DNA of 64,000 nucleotides, taken from IMG/VR virus record IMGVR_UViG_3300036766_001722; one strand, given 5' to 3'. Under the pieces are notes generated by a model. The model saw only the letters and a program-made list of their open reading frames with translations. It ran no database searches and was not told the DNA's origin. Both the position numbers and the translations under genes were made by a program. This DNA comes from an uncultured virus (IMG/VR IMGVR_UViG_3300036766_001722). Its lineage: Duplodnaviria > Heunggongvirae > Uroviricota > Caudoviricetes. Positions 1 to 9,829 of the stretch are shown here, in pieces (within the stretch, counting starts at the first letter, position 1; each line of letters opens with the position of its first letter).

Positions 1-831
1 GATCTCGGGCGCCTACGTCGTGACGATCAGGTGCTGTCCGGTCCCGAGAAAGACCTGTCCGCGTACATGACGCAGGCAGGGGCCGCGCCGGACGTGCTTG
101 CGAAGGGAATGCGTCTCATCGACCCAGCCACGATCTTCGCCTTCCTCGAGCTGCACATCGAGCAGGGCCCCGTCCTCGAACAGAGCGACGTGCCACTTGG
201 TATCGTCACCGGCATCCGCGGGAATGTGCGGCACGAGGTCACGTGCCGCGGCGAGGGCGGGCATTCGGGGACGGTCCCGATGCTGATGCGGCACGACCCC
301 GTCATGGCGGTCGCAGATCTGCTCGCCGTCCTACGCCTGAAGGCGACATCGGCACCCTTCGACGCGGACATGGTGTTCACGGCTGGCCGCTTCCACACGG
401 ACGCCTCCCGTGACGCCGTCTCGATCATTCCGGACGTCGTGAAGTTCAGCTTGGAGTGGCGGAGCCTCGACGGCGAGCTGCTCACGTCGTTCGGCGACAC
501 CGTCGTGAGCGTGGCCGGCGCGATCGCGAAGCGGCACGGGGTGCACTTCTATCTCGGCACCGAGACGCGCACGGAGCCGGGGCAGATGGATTACGTGCTC
601 CGGGACCTGCTCGATCGGCAGTGCCAGAAGCTCGGCGTCGCGCGGCGCGAGATTCCGAGCGGCGCAGGGCACGACGCGGCCGTCTTCGCCCAGGAGGGCG
701 TGCCTACGGCCATGCTGTTCGTCCGCAACCAGAACGGGTCGCACAACCCGAAGGAAGCGATGCGGATGGACGACTTCGAGAAGGGCGTCGAGGTGCTCGA
801 GGCGACTCTCACGGCGTTGGCGGCAAAGTAG
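1..831 (+). CDS. M20-family Zn amidohydrolase (allantoate amidohydrolase / N-carbamoyl-amino-acid hydrolase type), 5' partial
   Basis: Motifs ELHIEQGP, GHSGTVPM, GAGHDA, SHNPKE; frame open to window start. Confidence 0.9.
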   Translation, partial: DLGRLRRDDQVLSGPEKDLSAYMTQAGAAPDVLAKGMRLIDPATIFAFLELHIEQGPVLEQSDVPLGIVTGIRGNVRHEVTCRGEGGHSGTVPMLMRHDPVMAVADLLAVLRLKATSAPFDADMVFTAGRFHTDASRDAVSIIPDVVKFSLEWRSLDGELLTSFGDTVVSVAGAIAKRHGVHFYLGTETRTEPGQMDYVLRDLLDRQCQKLGVARREIPSGAGHDAAVFAQEGVPTAMLFVRNQNGSHNPKEAMRMDDFEKGVEVLEATLTALAAK

Positions 832-1626
832 ATGGAGCGCCCGAAGACCGCGGACGAGATGCGCCAAGCGCTGCGCGCTGCGTTCATGCGCGTGAAGCAC
901 CTCGCCGCGCGCGAGCGCGAGGGCGAACGCTGCACCGGCGAGCTGCGCCAGCTCGTCCTACGCTGAGATTTCTGATGCCGAAGAGAGTAGGACGGATGTC
1001 CGTGCGCTCGCCGCCCCGGCGCGTCTACAACGGCGAGCTACTGCCCGACGCGTTCGAGCGCCCTGAGCCGCTTACGTACCGGTCCACAGGAGAGGCTCCT
1101 GCGCGTCCAATGGCGCGCGTGTGCTGGTGGCACAAGGCGACCTGCCTCGTCATCGGACACAACTGGCTGATCCTCGCGTGGACCGGCCGAGCGATCTGGC
1201 TCGCGCATGCCTCCGCAACCACGGGAACCATCTGCATCTGCCGTCGCTGCCGCTTGTACGTAGACGAACTCGGTCACGACGTCGACCGCAACAACCTCGA
1301 AGAACACCTGCGCAAGGTTACCACCTGCCTCATCTGTGGCGCGTACGGCGACATGCCGTGCGACGCGGGGCTCCACTCGTGAGCGAAGCGACGGGCGAGC
1401 CCCACACCCTGCCGCTGTTCACCGCTATCGGCGCGAGCGGCTCGCGGATTACGCTCATGCTCACCGGCTGGAAAAACGAACGACCCTGCCTCGCGACGAT
1501 CGGATGCGCGTCGTACCTCGCCGACCTGACAACTGGCGTCTGCGACGACGATCGCGGATACCGGCTCGTGCTGACGCCGAATGCGCTCCGCCGGCTCCGC
1601 CGGCTGCGGCAGAAGGGGGAAACAAC

Positions 1627-2208
1627 ATGAGCATCGAAATGAACACGAAGCCGACGCGTGACTATCTGATCGCGATCGCGCGATCGGCTGCCGTCCTGGC
1701 ACAGCGCCACGACTATCTTGGCATCGCCGCGATCTACGACAGCATCGTCCGTCAGGGAGACGAGACGTCGCATCACATCCTTGAGCTGCACGACGTTGCA
1801 CAGGCGTTTCTGCGTGTTGCGTTGCGAGATCACGTCAGCGCTGCGTCCGTCGTCGTCTACCAGTTCCTGATCCAGAATCAGGATGCCGGGTACGATCTCT
1901 TGCGTGCTGCTCTAAGCACTGGTGGGTACCGCCACTCCGGCCCTAACGCTGTCGTCGATGGCCTCGTTCACGCCGGCATTCTTCGTTCGCTAGGGAGTGG
2001 ACGGTACGGCGTGCGGTACGGCGTGATCCCGAGCCTCCGTCCAATGGTCCGAGATCTCGTCGATCCGTATCTCATTCGCGTCTGGGCTAGCGTGAACCGC
2101 GCCAGGGTCGAAGCCAAGGCGGCCGACGAACCCGTATCGCGATTGGCCGGCCTGCTAGGGATGAGCGAGGTCGAAACGCGATACTTCCTCAAACGATTTC
2201 CGCTCTGA
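1627..2208 (+). CDS. hypothetical protein
   Basis: AAGGGGGA RBS before ATG 1627; stop overlaps helicase ATG (TGATG). Confidence 0.6.
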   Translation: MSIEMNTKPTRDYLIAIARSAAVLAQRHDYLGIAAIYDSIVRQGDETSHHILELHDVAQAFLRVALRDHVSAASVVVYQFLIQNQDAGYDLLRAALSTGGYRHSGPNAVVDGLVHAGILRSLGSGRYGVRYGVIPSLRPMVRDLVDPYLIRVWASVNRARVEAKAADEPVSRLAGLLGMSEVETRYFLKRFPL

Positions 2209-3683
2209 TGGCCCGGCGTTTGAAAGAGCGACAGATCGCGCCCCTCAACGAGGAGCAGCTAACGGCCGTCCTCGCGACGGAAGGCCCGGTGCGCGTCGCC
2301 GCGTGCGCCGGGAGCGGCAAGACGACGATGCTCGTCGAGCGGTGCGGGTTCCTCATCGAGGAGAAGAAGGTCGACCCCGACCGCGTCCTGCTCGTCACGT
2401 TCAGCTCCGACGCGAAGATGGAGATGGAGCGGCGGCTCAAAAAGCGCCTGCCGAGCATCGACATGTCGAAGTCCGTGCGGACCGCGCACTCTATCGGGCT
2501 GCAGGTCTACAAGGCCGAGCACAATACGGGCTGGACGATCGACCCGACCGGCAAGCTCTACAAGGGCATCATCCAGCACGTCCTGGCGGAGGACGGGATC
2601 ACCATCCAACGAGACGCGATCGGCGTGAAGAGCTGGACCGCGATGATCTGGGACTTCGCCGAGGTCGTGAAGAGGGAGGTGCTCGGGCATCACGAGATCG
2701 CGGAAGCTTTCGGTGCCGTCGACCCGCGGATGGAAGCGCTCGGCGCCCCGCAAGTGCGTGCCTACTACCGCCGGGTCGAGCAGCTCCGGAAGCAGGGCGT
2801 GACCGTCGATGGCGAGTTCGTGCTGCCCGTCACGTACGACGACATGCTCTACGACACGGCGATCGCATTCCGGGAAGACGGCGTCAAGAAGCGCTGGGCC
2901 GCGCGCTACGACTACGTGCTTCAAGATGAAGGTCAGGACGAAAGCATGGTCCAGCGCACCGTCATCGAGTCGCTCGCGAGCGAGACCGGCAACTACTGCG
3001 TCGTGGGCGACCCGGCGCAGGCCCTGTACTCGTTCCGCGGCGGCAGCGCTGAGGGTCTGCTCCGCTTCGAAGAGCGCTGGCCCAGTGCCCAGACGATCAA
3101 GCTAGTGGGAAACTACCGGTCCGGACATGAGATCATCACGGTCGCGAACCACGTGCTCCGCCGCATGCCTGCGAAGACCGTCATCGACTTGCAGATGGTC
3201 TGCAAGAGAGGGACGCCGTCGGAGGTCACCGGGGCCACGTACCAGAATATCGGCGACGAGGCACGAGCAATCGCGGAGGAGATCTTCTCCATCGGGAAGC
3301 GCGCTGAAGAGCCCGACTGGCGCGAGTTCGCAGTGCTCACCCGGACAAACGAGTCCCTCGCCGTGCTCAGCGAGATGTTCAAGGAAGTGGAACTGCCGCA
3401 CCGAGTCAGCGGCGAGAGCTACCCCAAGGGCGCGCGCAACACCGTCACGCTCTGCACCATCCACGCAGCGAAGGGACGGCAGTGGACGAACGTCTACCTG
3501 GCGCAGGCGTACGACACGAACCACGACTCCACCGAGGAACGGCGCGTCTTCTACGTCGCCGTCACGCGAGCGCGGGACCGGCTCACGATCTCCTACTCCC
3601 ACGAGGGCATCCGCTTCGACGATCAGCGCCCCTTGAAGTTCCTGGCCGAGGCCGGCATCGACATGTACAGCAACGTCGTATGA
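2208..3683 (+). CDS. UvrD/PcrA-like superfamily 1 DNA helicase (compact)
   Basis: LNEEQ, ACAGSGKT, VTFS, DEGQD, VGDPAQALYSFRG, NYRS, TIHAAKG, EERRVFYVAVTRAR. Confidence 0.92.
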   Translation: MARRLKERQIAPLNEEQLTAVLATEGPVRVAACAGSGKTTMLVERCGFLIEEKKVDPDRVLLVTFSSDAKMEMERRLKKRLPSIDMSKSVRTAHSIGLQVYKAEHNTGWTIDPTGKLYKGIIQHVLAEDGITIQRDAIGVKSWTAMIWDFAEVVKREVLGHHEIAEAFGAVDPRMEALGAPQVRAYYRRVEQLRKQGVTVDGEFVLPVTYDDMLYDTAIAFREDGVKKRWAARYDYVLQDEGQDESMVQRTVIESLASETGNYCVVGDPAQALYSFRGGSAEGLLRFEERWPSAQTIKLVGNYRSGHEIITVANHVLRRMPAKTVIDLQMVCKRGTPSEVTGATYQNIGDEARAIAEEIFSIGKRAEEPDWREFAVLTRTNESLAVLSEMFKEVELPHRVSGESYPKGARNTVTLCTIHAAKGRQWTNVYLAQAYDTNHDSTEERRVFYVAVTRARDRLTISYSHEGIRFDDQRPLKFLAEAGIDMYSNVV

Positions 3684-3915
3684 TGCTCACCGACGCCGCG
3701 CTCATTGATTTGATCCGCAAGATGATCGCCGACTTCGGCGACGTGCGGATCATGAAGCAGAGCGCGGCGTTCGCGGAGACGGCTGCGAACCTAGAACACC
3801 GTGCCGCAGTCGAGCGCGACGCGGAGATGCGCGAGAAGCTCGTGAAGCACGCAGCGAGGGCGCGGCACATGGAGCAGATCGCAAAGGACATCGAAGACGG
3901 AAAGCTCTGAGGGCG

Positions 3916-4278
3916 CTAGCGGTACTTTGCATCGGACTCTCGCTTCCACGCGCGACAGGCGTCGCAGCGGCACTTGTGGTGCTGGTACATCTGCGCGCTG
4001 CCGTGCGCTGTTCGACGGGGGCGCTGCCTGAAGCTCTTCCTCCTATGGCACTTGAAGCAGAGCACTTGACACTTCGCCAGCTCAGCGACGCGACGCGGGC
4101 CTGACCATGACCACACGTTATGGGCAACCTTCTGCGACGGATCCACGTGATCGACCTCCAAACGAAGCGGTGATCCGCAGATCTTGCACGGACCGTTAGC
4201 CCTCAGCCACGCACGGCGACGTTTCTGGCGCCACTTGGCCTGGTATGCGCGTTGTGTCGCTGGGTTCGCATATGGCAT
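3916..4278 (-). CDS. HNH endonuclease
   Basis: CxxC...LEVDHVDP...KCQVLCFKCH, C-terminal HG..Y...CRCDAC. Confidence 0.85.
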   Translation of the reverse strand: MPYANPATQRAYQAKWRQKRRRAWLRANGPCKICGSPLRLEVDHVDPSQKVAHNVWSWSGPRRVAELAKCQVLCFKCHRRKSFRQRPRRTAHGSAQMYQHHKCRCDACRAWKRESDAKYR

Positions 4279-4470
4279 CCCTCCGCAGTAGCATGCACTT
4301 GACAGAACGCTACGCGTGGGATACGAATACGCCGTGATCGATCATCTGTCCTATCGCAGCTCATCTTCGCGTTCGAGTCGCTGACTCGTCGCAAGGAAGG
4401 TGAGGTCTGTGTGGACAGACACCGGCTTCGAAACTCAGACACGGCGTGGGAGAAAGGGCCGAGGTTACAC

Positions 4471-4812
4471 ATGACCGAAGACGAGGTCCGTGAGGAGCTA
4501 CTCAAGCTCACGGTCGGCAAGGGCGGCAAGCCGTCGCACCGCAGGCTGACTCCTGAAGCGGAAGTCAGCCTCTTCGAGAGTTCGCGCGAAGGCCAGGACG
4601 AGGGCTTCCCCTACGTTATCGTTTTGCGCTTCGACGCAGCCGGACAGCGCCGCGAGCAGAAGGTTCATCTGCGGCTTGAGCAGGTGTACACGCGCACAAA
4701 GGGCGCGTGGGTCCGCGATTCGGTGTGGCGTCTCACCCCCGAGAGCGCCGCGTCGTTCGCCACGCAGATCACCGCCGTGCTCCGCCGGATCGAACTCGGG
4801 CCGCTCGGCTGA
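4471..4812 (+). CDS. hypothetical protein inside the split tRNA
   Basis: GAGG before ATG 4471; TGATG coupling to next ORF. Confidence 0.55.
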   Translation: MTEDEVREELLKLTVGKGGKPSHRRLTPEAEVSLFESSREGQDEGFPYVIVLRFDAAGQRREQKVHLRLEQVYTRTKGAWVRDSVWRLTPESAASFATQITAVLRRIELGPLG

Positions 4813-5069
4813 TGGCCCAGGACGACGCGACTCCCGTCGAGCGCCCCGCACGCTCAACCTCGCGCGTCGTCGTCTTGTGGGGAGCAATCGAGGTCTGGCT
4901 CGCGCGCGACGAAGGCCGACAACTCGTCTTCGCCATGCCGCCCGGCCGCGGGCTCTCCGTCTACGTCTACCGCTCGGAAGACGACCTCACGCCCGTCGTC
5001 GAGCGCGTCTCCCCCGTCGAAGACCCGCTCACCGCAGCTCTCCGCGCCATCTCCCAAGCCGGCCCGTAA
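4812..5069 (+). CDS. hypothetical protein inside the split tRNA
   Basis: Coupled start MAQDDATP...; ends just before tRNA 3' half. Confidence 0.5.
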   Translation: MAQDDATPVERPARSTSRVVVLWGAIEVWLARDEGRQLVFAMPPGRGLSVYVYRSEDDLTPVVERVSPVEDPLTAALRAISQAGP

Positions 5070-5158
5070 CGGTTACCTCAAAAGACGAAAGCCCCGTCTC
5101 CGGTCGGAGCAGGGGAACCTGTAAGGGTTCGGCGTTCGACTCGTCCACCTTCCACCAC

Positions 5159-5247
5159 GGAGAGTGAATCGGCTATGGAGCCGAGCCCGCGTGCTAAGCG
5201 GTGCGGCGCCCTCGGGCGCTGGGGATCGGGACCTCCTCTCTCCGCCA
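5159..5247 (+). tRNA. tRNA-Ser(GCT), 8/4 type
   Basis: CCGC-GTGCTAA-GCGG arm, long variable arm, 3' GCCA. Confidence 0.75.
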
Positions 5248-5248
5248 C

Positions 5249-5328
5249 GGGTGTGATTGCACTGGGATGCTACGCCGCCTGTAAAGCGGTCGCCTCTGGC
5301 TAGGAAGGTTCGATTCCTTCCACACCCA
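5249..5328 (+). tRNA. tRNA-Tyr(GTA)
   Basis: GGGTGTG/CACACCC, GCCGC-CTGTAAA-GCGGT, GGTTCGATTCC. Confidence 0.85.
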
Positions 5329-5340
5329 CTACGGAAGTAC

Positions 5341-5424
5341 GGAAGATGAACGCGGTGTGGACCGCGGCCTGCTTGGAAAGCGGTGCGAGGCCCCGGCCTT
5401 GGTGTTCGACTCACCCATCTTCCG
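5341..5424 (+). tRNA. tRNA-Ser(GGA), 8/4 type
   Basis: GGAAGATG/CATCTTCC 8 bp, loop TTGGAAA, T-stem GGTG/CACC. Confidence 0.8.
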
Positions 5425-5810
5425 CTACCCGATGACCTTCACGCCGGGCGCCGAGAGCGCCTCGCGGATACCAATGCAGTCGACCGCACACGTCGGCGTC
5501 TGCCCGCACGAGTCACACGGCGGGTACACGTGCGCGCACTCCATGGCGGTGAGAGCGTCCACCGTCCCCTCGGCGCGACAGTAGCGGCAGCGCCACCTCC
5601 GGTTGCTCCTGCCTGGCGGATCGAGTGCCTCTATCCAGTTGTGCGGGTTCATCGCCTGCCTGCCGCCTCGTAGAACGACACGAACACCTTCGAGGGCTTC
5701 TGCCCGACGCGCCAGACGCGATCGGTGTGCCCCTCGTCGCCGGGTGAGCCACGCCTCCGCACGCCGCGCACTTCATGACCACGTAGGCGTGCTACGTGTC
5801 GGACACGATG

Positions 5811-6701
5811 TCAACCGCGCAGCGACACCAAGTGCTGCTGCGCGGCCTCGGGCGTGAAGTACGGGATCTCCCGCGTCGTGTCCTTGTGCATGACGCCCCA
5901 GCCCACGTCCGCGATGCGGATCGTGCCGGAGGCGTCCTTCATCATGTTGGAGGCGTGGAAGTCGAACCAGTCGATGCCGATGTCGTGCAGCTCGCGGACG
6001 GCGACGCCGATGTGGTCGAGCAGCAGCATGGCTCGAGGATAGACGCGCGGGTTCAGTTGCTTCTCCTCGATACGCGCCTTGATCGCCATCTCCCACTTCT
6101 GCCGCATGCCACGGTGGTGCGCCTGCGGGATCTTCATGTCGAACGAGGGGTCGTGGTAGATCGTGTAGAGGATGTTCATCGCCTCGCCCGTCTGACCGTC
6201 GAGCGGCTCAAGGTAGGCGCGGTGCACGACGTACCACGGCACGAGGTCATCATCCTCGTCGTTGTTGCCGATGAAGCTATCTTCGAGCGTCCACACGCCG
6301 AAGATCGGGACGGTGTAGCGCGTCTTTTTCCCGATGAGGTCGAACGATGCGATCGATTCGTACGGATCGCGCGTCAGCTTCAAGACGCTACGGCCAAGCA
6401 GCGATACGTCGTACGCCGCGCCGAAGGAACCGCTGCCGAGCCGCTGTCCGATCGGGTCTTCGAGCCCGAGAACGCGAAAGACATCGCGATGACGACGCAG
6501 CATCGTTCCACGCGTGTGCGACGGGCGCTGCACCCACGTGTCGTGCGAGCCCATCTCGCTGTCTTCGTCACTCGCCGCCTTGACGCGATCTAGGACATCG
6601 AAGATCGCGTCGGGCCGCATCCCCGCGTCATGAAGACGTGCGATGAGCTGCGCGTTCTCGCTGCTCTCACCCGCGGTCAGCACCGCCTTCTCGATGTTCA
6701 C
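5811..6701 (-). CDS. protein kinase-like fold protein
   Basis: LGSGSFGAAY, VLKLT, DFHASNMM, IADVG. Confidence 0.8.
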   Translation of the reverse strand: MNIEKAVLTAGESSENAQLIARLHDAGMRPDAIFDVLDRVKAASDEDSEMGSHDTWVQRPSHTRGTMLRRHRDVFRVLGLEDPIGQRLGSGSFGAAYDVSLLGRSVLKLTRDPYESIASFDLIGKKTRYTVPIFGVWTLEDSFIGNNDEDDDLVPWYVVHRAYLEPLDGQTGEAMNILYTIYHDPSFDMKIPQAHHRGMRQKWEMAIKARIEEKQLNPRVYPRAMLLLDHIGVAVRELHDIGIDWFDFHASNMMKDASGTIRIADVGWGVMHKDTTREIPYFTPEAAQQHLVSLRG

Positions 6702-6751
6702 GCTGGTGAGCGTACTGGTAGACGCTCCCGGCGTCGAGTAGCATGACGATC

Positions 6752-7093
6752 ATGGCAGCCTCAAAGGTCAAAGTACATCGCGTGTACGCACTGGTGCTCC
6801 CGGACGAGGATCCCGATCCGTCGTACCTCGACCAGGAAAGATTTGAGGAGCGACGCGAGGCGTACGAACGCGGCGACTTCCACTTCGTCGGCGTACGTGC
6901 CGTGGCAGACATCGAAGTGGGCGGCGTGAACCAAGAGATCGCCAGCGGCGGCCTCTGGGGCATCGAGTCCGACTCCGGTGACGACTACTTCGCGACCGTG
7001 GCCAAGGACGAGTACGACCAGCTCGTCGACATCCTCGGCGACCTCGGCGTCAAGCACGTGCCGTCGCTGGATAAGAAAGTCCGCCACACGTGA
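6752..7093 (+). CDS. hypothetical acidic protein
   Basis: TAGCAT-N7-ATG start; GTGA overlap with next gene. Confidence 0.6.
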   Translation: MAASKVKVHRVYALVLPDEDPDPSYLDQERFEERREAYERGDFHFVGVRAVADIEVGGVNQEIASGGLWGIESDSGDDYFATVAKDEYDQLVDILGDLGVKHVPSLDKKVRHT

Positions 7094-7377
7094 GCTACCA
7101 CGGCCTCGGTCAACCGGCGCCCACGATCGCGCCAAGCGCGACGATCGCCCCGGCAGCGTCGCACGACGTCGCGACATCGCCGGTCGACATCCTCGCGAAG
7201 CGCCGCGGCTTCGTCGCAGTACCCACGATGGACCTGCGCGACTACGTGCAGGCGCAGGTCGTGACGATGGGCATCGGCTTCATCGTCGGCGTGACCATCG
7301 GCGCAGCGATCGGCAACATCGTGAAGGGCAAGGCCGCGATCACTGCGAACGCGCGGCGCAAGAGGCAGCGCTACTAG
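7090..7377 (+). CDS. small membrane protein, MSY-GLG / TM-NR family
   Basis: MSYHGLGQ...TM...ITANARRKRQRY. Confidence 0.75.
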   Translation: MSYHGLGQPAPTIAPSATIAPAASHDVATSPVDILAKRRGFVAVPTMDLRDYVQAQVVTMGIGFIVGVTIGAAIGNIVKGKAAITANARRKRQRY

Positions 7378-7410
7378 CCTCACGCCACGTCTTCCTGTAC
7401 GCTCCCCAGC

Positions 7411-8724
7411 ATGTCCTACAAGCACAGTGGCCTCGGTCAGGGCAAGTACATTCCCGGCCAAGTCAACTTCCTCATGGCCGGCCGCGGCGGCCGTGAGCCT
7501 GGCTGGCAGCGTCGTTACGAGAGCTACGGCCGCTACTACGGCCTGCTCGGCGACGGCCTCGGCAAGGGCGGCGGTGGAGGCGGCGGCCATCACGGCGGTG
7601 GTGGCCAGCATGGTGGCGGTCACGGTGGCCACCACGGCGGTCACGGTGGGCATGGTGGTCACGGCGGCCGTGGTCGCGGTCGCGGCGGCTGGGGCGGCCA
7701 GTGGGGATGGGGCGGCGGCCCGTGGTGGGGCGGCGACTACTACGACGGCGACTACTACCCGACGGCCACCGTGCCGTACCAGGTGGTCTGCGGCTCGATG
7801 GTCCAGCCGGTCTCCGGCTTCCAGGAAGCCATCCAGGTCGCTCGCGCGATGGGCTCGCCTCCGACGAACCCCTGCCGCATCATGACGCCGGACGGCGCGC
7901 TCGTGGCCACCGTGAGCACCGCGGGCGTCAAGTACGCCCCGAGCGTCGCGGGCCTCGGCGCTGCACCGAGCCCGGGCGGCATCCGCAACCTCGCGCGCGT
8001 CATCTTCCAAGTGATCCCGTCTGGCGGCTCGACCATCCCCATCCTGACGCACGGCATCCGCAGCGCGATCCGCTACGGCAAGTCGCTCGCTCGCTCGGGC
8101 CCGGTGCAGCTCGTCGCCATGAAGGACAGCAGCGGCCGCATGCTCACGCCCCCCGTCGTCGTCGCCACCGTCGATGCCGGTGCTCGCGTCAGCTACGCCC
8201 CGCTCGCCGGTCTCGGCGAGTACTTCGACCAGCCGGTCGCGGGCCTCGGCGTGATGCCGTCCTTCTCAGTGAAGAACCTGAACCGAGTGATCTTCACAGT
8301 CACAGGCGCCGGGATCCCCGCCATCACCCGCGGCATCGCGAGCGCGGTCCGTTACGGCAAGGCTATGTCGCGCAACGGCGTGGCGACGATCGCGGCCGTG
8401 AAGGACGCGAGCGGGCGCACGCTGTCGCCGCCGGTGACGATTGCGGTCGTCACGAGCGGCCGGGTCGCCTACAGCAGCCTGAGCGGCCTCGGGGACAGCA
8501 CGCTCACCGACTACGCGTGCAACGCGACGGCGGCCGTTCAGGACTGGAGGACGCGCCTGAACGATGCGCTGTCCTCGGGCGGCCAGGCCGCGCTGATCGG
8601 CGGCGGCGTCGCCGGTCTCCTCGGCGCGCTGATCGGCCGCCCCATCATCGGCGCTGCGCTCGGCGCCGGAGCTGGCTGGGCGGCACACGCCGTCTGGACG
8701 GCGCCGCTCGCCTCGACAACGTAG
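7411..8724 (+). CDS. GLG-punctuated repeat membrane protein with Gly/His-rich tract
   Basis: MSYKHSGLGQ; repeated domains ending VAGLG/LAGLG/LSGLG; C-terminal Gly-rich TM segments. Confidence 0.8.
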   Translation: MSYKHSGLGQGKYIPGQVNFLMAGRGGREPGWQRRYESYGRYYGLLGDGLGKGGGGGGGHHGGGGQHGGGHGGHHGGHGGHGGHGGRGRGRGGWGGQWGWGGGPWWGGDYYDGDYYPTATVPYQVVCGSMVQPVSGFQEAIQVARAMGSPPTNPCRIMTPDGALVATVSTAGVKYAPSVAGLGAAPSPGGIRNLARVIFQVIPSGGSTIPILTHGIRSAIRYGKSLARSGPVQLVAMKDSSGRMLTPPVVVATVDAGARVSYAPLAGLGEYFDQPVAGLGVMPSFSVKNLNRVIFTVTGAGIPAITRGIASAVRYGKAMSRNGVATIAAVKDASGRTLSPPVTIAVVTSGRVAYSSLSGLGDSTLTDYACNATAAVQDWRTRLNDALSSGGQAALIGGGVAGLLGALIGRPIIGAALGAGAGWAAHAVWTAPLASTT

Positions 8725-8998
8725 AGCTAAGGTACCGTGGGCTTCACGTCTGAGCGCGTCCGCGCCGACCTCGAAGAGGCCGGTGTGCAGGTTTCCGCCG
8801 AAGAGCGCGACGACAAGGAACACGAGACACGGTTCTACGCGTCACACGGCGAGTATCGCGTGATGATCGCCGTGTCCGACGATGGCTACCTCGCGCTCGC
8901 GTTCGAGGGCGGTCGCAGATCGGTGATTCGGTCGATCGAGACCTACGCCAAGCGCGTCGCCCACTTCCTCGCGACGGGCGAAGAGACGTAGCCTCTGC

Positions 8999-9829
8999 CT
9001 AGACGAAGCGCTTGTCGGCCGCAGTGGGCCCGTGCGAAGTGATCGTCACCGGAAGCCCGAGGCTCTGCTCGATGGCGAGGAGTCGCCTCGACGACGCGAC
9101 GTGATGCAGGATCGGCTTGCACCGCAGAAGGTCACGCCCGAGCTGCTCCTGGTACGCGAGATCACCCGGCGGAGCGACCCGCGGCATCCCGCCGTCAGGA
9201 CACATCACAAACCGCTCCTCCGCGTCCTTCGGCACGTCGTAGGTCTGGCAGACGGTCCATTGGGGCAGCTCGGCGACGCGATCGAGACACGTGACGGCGA
9301 TCTCCTTGATGTCCGGGCAGACATCGAGCGCGTAGCTCGTGAGCGGCACGTCGAACCATCCGACGCGGAAGCGCCCCTGCCATCCCGTGTCGGCGTTGTG
9401 GCTATCGCGGAGACGCTCGCCGAGCGCCGCGTCCTCTGTGGGGAATGGCCCCTGCCCGTGCCGCGTCGCGTACGCGCGCACGACGCCGATGCTCCGGACC
9501 GGTCCCTCTCGACCCGCGACTGCGATCATGTCGTTGGCGTTCTTCGTCGTGGTCGTGCTCCACGTCGTGTGCGGATGGAACCCGTGCCATTCGTCGAGGA
9601 GCACGCCCTGCGCCCCCTCGAAGATCACGTGCTCCCACGTCCTCACGGCGTGCTCGACCCTGTCCTGGTCGAAGATCTTGAGCGTCTTGCCGATCTCCGC
9701 GAACCAGTGGACCGTCTGATCGATGACGATCGTGCTCTCGAGCACGTGGATGTCCGCGGCGACGCCTGGGACCGTAGCCTGCCACCCGACGGCGGCTCCG
9801 GTGCGCCGCACCTTGACCTTGAACTTCAT
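8999..9829 (-). pseudogene. adenylosuccinate synthetase-like C-terminal half (N-terminal GDEGKG region absent)
   Basis: IFEGAQGVLLD, TRHGQGPFPTE, FRVGWFD, VTCLD. Confidence 0.75.

Larger units (their letters stand above)
4395..5157 (+). tRNA. interrupted tRNA (5' half 4395-4432, 3' half 5100-5157); anticodon TCG (Arg) or CGA (Ser)
   Basis: GGAAGGTG pairs with CACCTTCC-A-CCA; D-arm GTCTG/CAGAC; ACCGG pairs with CCGGT at 5100; T-loop TTCGACT. Confidence 0.65.

Noticed and set aside
4395..5157. tmRNA interpretation of the split tRNA
   Set aside because: It has a full D-stem and anticodon loop, lacks G3:U70 Ala identity, and is about twice the usual length.
8999..9829. PurZ (Z-genome) call
   Set aside because: Diagnostic N-terminal region is absent and no dATPase or MazZ partner is seen.
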